From: Nitrospirota bacterium
GTDB lineage: Bacteria > Nitrospirota > Thermodesulfovibrionia > Thermodesulfovibrionales > Dissulfurispiraceae
Assembly: GCA_963710375.1 (NCBI GenBank)
Contig: CAVPZX010000008.1
Coordinates: 64,001 to 128,000, forward strand
Length of the DNA: 64,000 nucleotides
Reading direction: 5' to 3'
Part shown: piece by piece, positions 61,724 to 64,000 of the stretch
Position numbering within the stretch: the first letter of the stretch is position 1
Layout of the letters: the number at the start of each line of letters is the position of its first letter
Notes under the pieces: generated by a model
What the model was told of the DNA's origin: nothing
Databases searched by the model: none
Seen by the model: the letters and a program-made list of their open reading frames with translations, nothing else
Program-made: the position numbers and the translations under genes

Positions 61724-62859
61724 TGTTCGTCCTCTCTGTATGGGGTAGAGGCTATAATATGGACATCGATCCCCACAGAATCATTCATAAAATTAAGGAT
61801 CACCGACCCAAATATCCGCTCTTTTATAGGTGGCCTTTCCGTCTTTCCGAAGATCGCATGGCGGACCTTATGTGTCTGCGCAAAATTCACCAGGGTTTCA
61901 GCAATATCCTCGCCATGGAGCGTCACTATTTCAGCGCCGAGCATCCTGGCAAGTTTTAAATTGGAAAGGAGCTTTCTTTGCAATGAAGAATTAATGCGCT
62001 CCGGGGCTTCCTGTTTTCTCTGTACGTAGACAACATAGCACCGCGCTGAAAGCCGGGCAGCAAGTTGTGCAGCCTTCCTGATCAGCGCCTCTGCATTGGG
62101 AGCGCCCGAACTGATCGCAACCATTACAGCCTCATCCGCCTCCTGGGCAGCCTGCTCGGACAGGAGATGCTCCTCCTCGATCTTCCTTAGCTGGTCATCA
62201 GCAGCTTCCTGGAGCGCCAATTTCCGCAGGAGCGAGAGATTCTCGTGAGTAAAAAAATTCAGGAGCGCCCTCTCCGCTTTTGACATCTCATATACTTTGC
62301 CGGACCGAAGCCTTTCGCGCAGTTCTTCGATAGTGACGTCTACATTGACAATCTGGTCGGCCCTCTGCAGAATGTAGTCGGGTACCCTCTCCCCCACAGG
62401 GACCCGCAGCGCAGTATCCACTTTCTCGGCAATCGTCTCAAAATGTTGTATATTCAAGGTTGTGATGACATTGATCCCGTGTTCAAGGATTTCGAGCACA
62501 TCCTGGAAGCGTTTCTCATTTTTTACACCTGCTGCATTTGAGTGGGCCATCTCATCCACCAGCGCGATTTGAGGATTGCGCCTGACAATTCCGTCAACAT
62601 CCATCTCACGCACCGTAATGCCGCCAATGTTTAACTGAAGCGGCTCTATTATCTCGAGTCCTTCCTGCAACTTTACAGTGTCAGGCCGGTTGTGAGGCTC
62701 GACATACCCAATAACTACATCGTATCCCTGTTCCCTGAGCCGATGTCCCTCCTGCAGCATTGCGTAGGTCTTACCGACTCCGGCAGCATACCCCAAATAT
62801 ATTTTCAGAGAGCCTTTTGTTTTTCTCTCTAAGAGTTTCTCAAATCCGTCAGTATCCAA
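61720..62859 (-). CDS. kdpD: Stand-alone KdpD N-terminal domain + USP
   Basis: LKIYLGYAAGVGKTYAML, LVDEMAHSN, TTLNIQH; no TM or kinase domain. Confidence 0.88.
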   Translation of the reverse strand: MDTDGFEKLLERKTKGSLKIYLGYAAGVGKTYAMLQEGHRLREQGYDVVIGYVEPHNRPDTVKLQEGLEIIEPLQLNIGGITVREMDVDGIVRRNPQIALVDEMAHSNAAGVKNEKRFQDVLEILEHGINVITTLNIQHFETIAEKVDTALRVPVGERVPDYILQRADQIVNVDVTIEELRERLRSGKVYEMSKAERALLNFFTHENLSLLRKLALQEAADDQLRKIEEEHLLSEQAAQEADEAVMVAISSGAPNAEALIRKAAQLAARLSARCYVVYVQRKQEAPERINSSLQRKLLSNLKLARMLGAEIVTLHGEDIAETLVNFAQTHKVRHAIFGKTERPPIKERIFGSVILNFMNDSVGIDVHIIASTPYREDEQ

Positions 62860-62938
62860 AACAATCCCTTTTCCACCGCTTGAAGTATAATATAGAGTAT
62901 AAACCTTTATATTTTACACTGGAAGGTATACGTTAGTC

Positions 62939-64000
62939 ATGCAAATGATTTTTTTATTGCTGGCTCTTATTTTATGTCACCCTCCCCTTTCTCATGCGGA
63001 GTCAGGCAACAGCCCTGCCGTAATCCATCACGATATCAAAATCACGCTCTACCCCGATAGCAGGAGATTTATTGCCGAAGATACGATAACTCTGCCTGAC
63101 CAGCCCCATAACGGTCCCAATCGGGAAATAAGCTTTGAACTCCACCGGGGCCTTGCCCCTTCGATAAAAACTCCTGATGTGCATATGTCGGCACAGTCTT
63201 CGGAAGCATCGGAATCAGGACTGCCCCCGCTAGTATTTTATAGAGTTGCACTTCCAGCCGGGCTCAATACCTTCACTATTTCTTACGGAGGCACTATCAA
63301 CCGGCCTGACGTTCCCATAGCCGCGGGGCAGGCGCAAAGCTTCATCGAAAACCCGGATATGATTTCTGAAAACGGCGTATTCCTTTCCGGAGATTCGTGC
63401 TGGTATCCAATCTTCGATAATGAAATGATAACTTTTACAGTTCGGGTCGCATTGCCCGTGGGTTGGGATGCGGTAAGCCAGGGGTTGCGGACCGTCCATA
63501 ACCGTAACAAAAAAGAAATAAATGTGCAATGGGAATCACCTGAACCGCAGGAAGGTATATTCATAGTCGCGGCCCGGTTCAGCGAATATGATAAGCCTGC
63601 AGGACATTATACAGCTATGGTTTTTCTCCGGTCGCCCGACAGCAAACTGGCAGAAAAATACCTGGAAGCCACAGTGCGCTATATAACAATGTACGAAAAA
63701 CTGATAGGACCATACCCTTACAAAAAATTCGCCCTTGTCGAAAATTTATGGGAAACAGGATTAGGCATGCCGTCTTTCACACTGCTCGGACCGAAGATCA
63801 TTCGTTTCCCTTTCATCATCACTTCCTCCTATCCCCACGAGATACTTCATAATTGGTGGGGCAACAGTGTTTTCCCTGAAATAGAAACAGGTAACTGGTC
63901 TGAGGGGATCACCGCTTACCTTGCCGATTACCTGATAAAAGAGCAGGAGGGCGCCGGTGCCGAGTTCCGGCAGGCCACATTGCAAAAGTATGCCGATTAC
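62939..64000 (+). CDS. Secreted M1 family metallo-aminopeptidase (partial, runs off the window)
   Basis: Not in the ORF track. Manual translation MQMIFLLLALILCH... GPYPYKKF..GLGMP..HEILHNWWG..WSEG (HEXXH-X18-E). Confidence 0.85.
   Translation, partial: MQMIFLLLALILCHPPLSHAESGNSPAVIHHDIKITLYPDSRRFIAEDTITLPDQPHNGPNREISFELHRGLAPSIKTPDVHMSAQSSEASESGLPPLVFYRVALPAGLNTFTISYGGTINRPDVPIAAGQAQSFIENPDMISENGVFLSGDSCWYPIFDNEMITFTVRVALPVGWDAVSQGLRTVHNRNKKEINVQWESPEPQEGIFIVAARFSEYDKPAGHYTAMVFLRSPDSKLAEKYLEATVRYITMYEKLIGPYPYKKFALVENLWETGLGMPSFTLLGPKIIRFPFIITSSYPHEILHNWWGNSVFPEIETGNWSEGITAYLADYLIKEQEGAGAEFRQATLQKYADY

Overview
A 64-kb bacterial chromosomal window, mostly minus-strand genes. The gene set and protein style suggest an anaerobic Nitrospirota/Thermodesulfovibrionia- or Desulfobacterota-like organism (inference). 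Gene content from left to right: an ABC (Wzm/Wzt)-dependent surface-polysaccharide locus with an ops-like element; an amidase-GerMN-murI-rph-ftsH-folP operon; cheV and a globin-coupled kinase lacking its phospho-His; secA (frameshifted); a ModE/FmdE/PEP-dikinase-like/ArsC/DUF169/split-TauE cluster; pstS-C-A-B-S2 divergent from glgP with Pho-like boxes; thiD-radA-lipoprotein; gltA; parA-like + tauE; an MFS gene; fabG-acpP-fabF (frameshifted)-rnc; yajQ; leuB; a binding protein + MCP pair; hypC; argS; a split KdpD/HK/sigma54-RR module; and the start of an M1 peptidase. I found no rRNA, tRNA, CRISPR array, transposase or reverse transcriptase. The most unusual signal is non-coding: (i) two inverted copies of a ~175-bp element with an identical scaffold, a 46-47-nt variable insert and unrelated but perfectly self-complementary 32-33-bp arms; (ii) a four-helix-bundle gene enclosed by inverted 7-mer arrays between wzm and wzt, plus a gene-less version of the same architecture at radA; (iii) five palindromes built from (AGGTTA)n/(TAACCT)n hexamer arrays.
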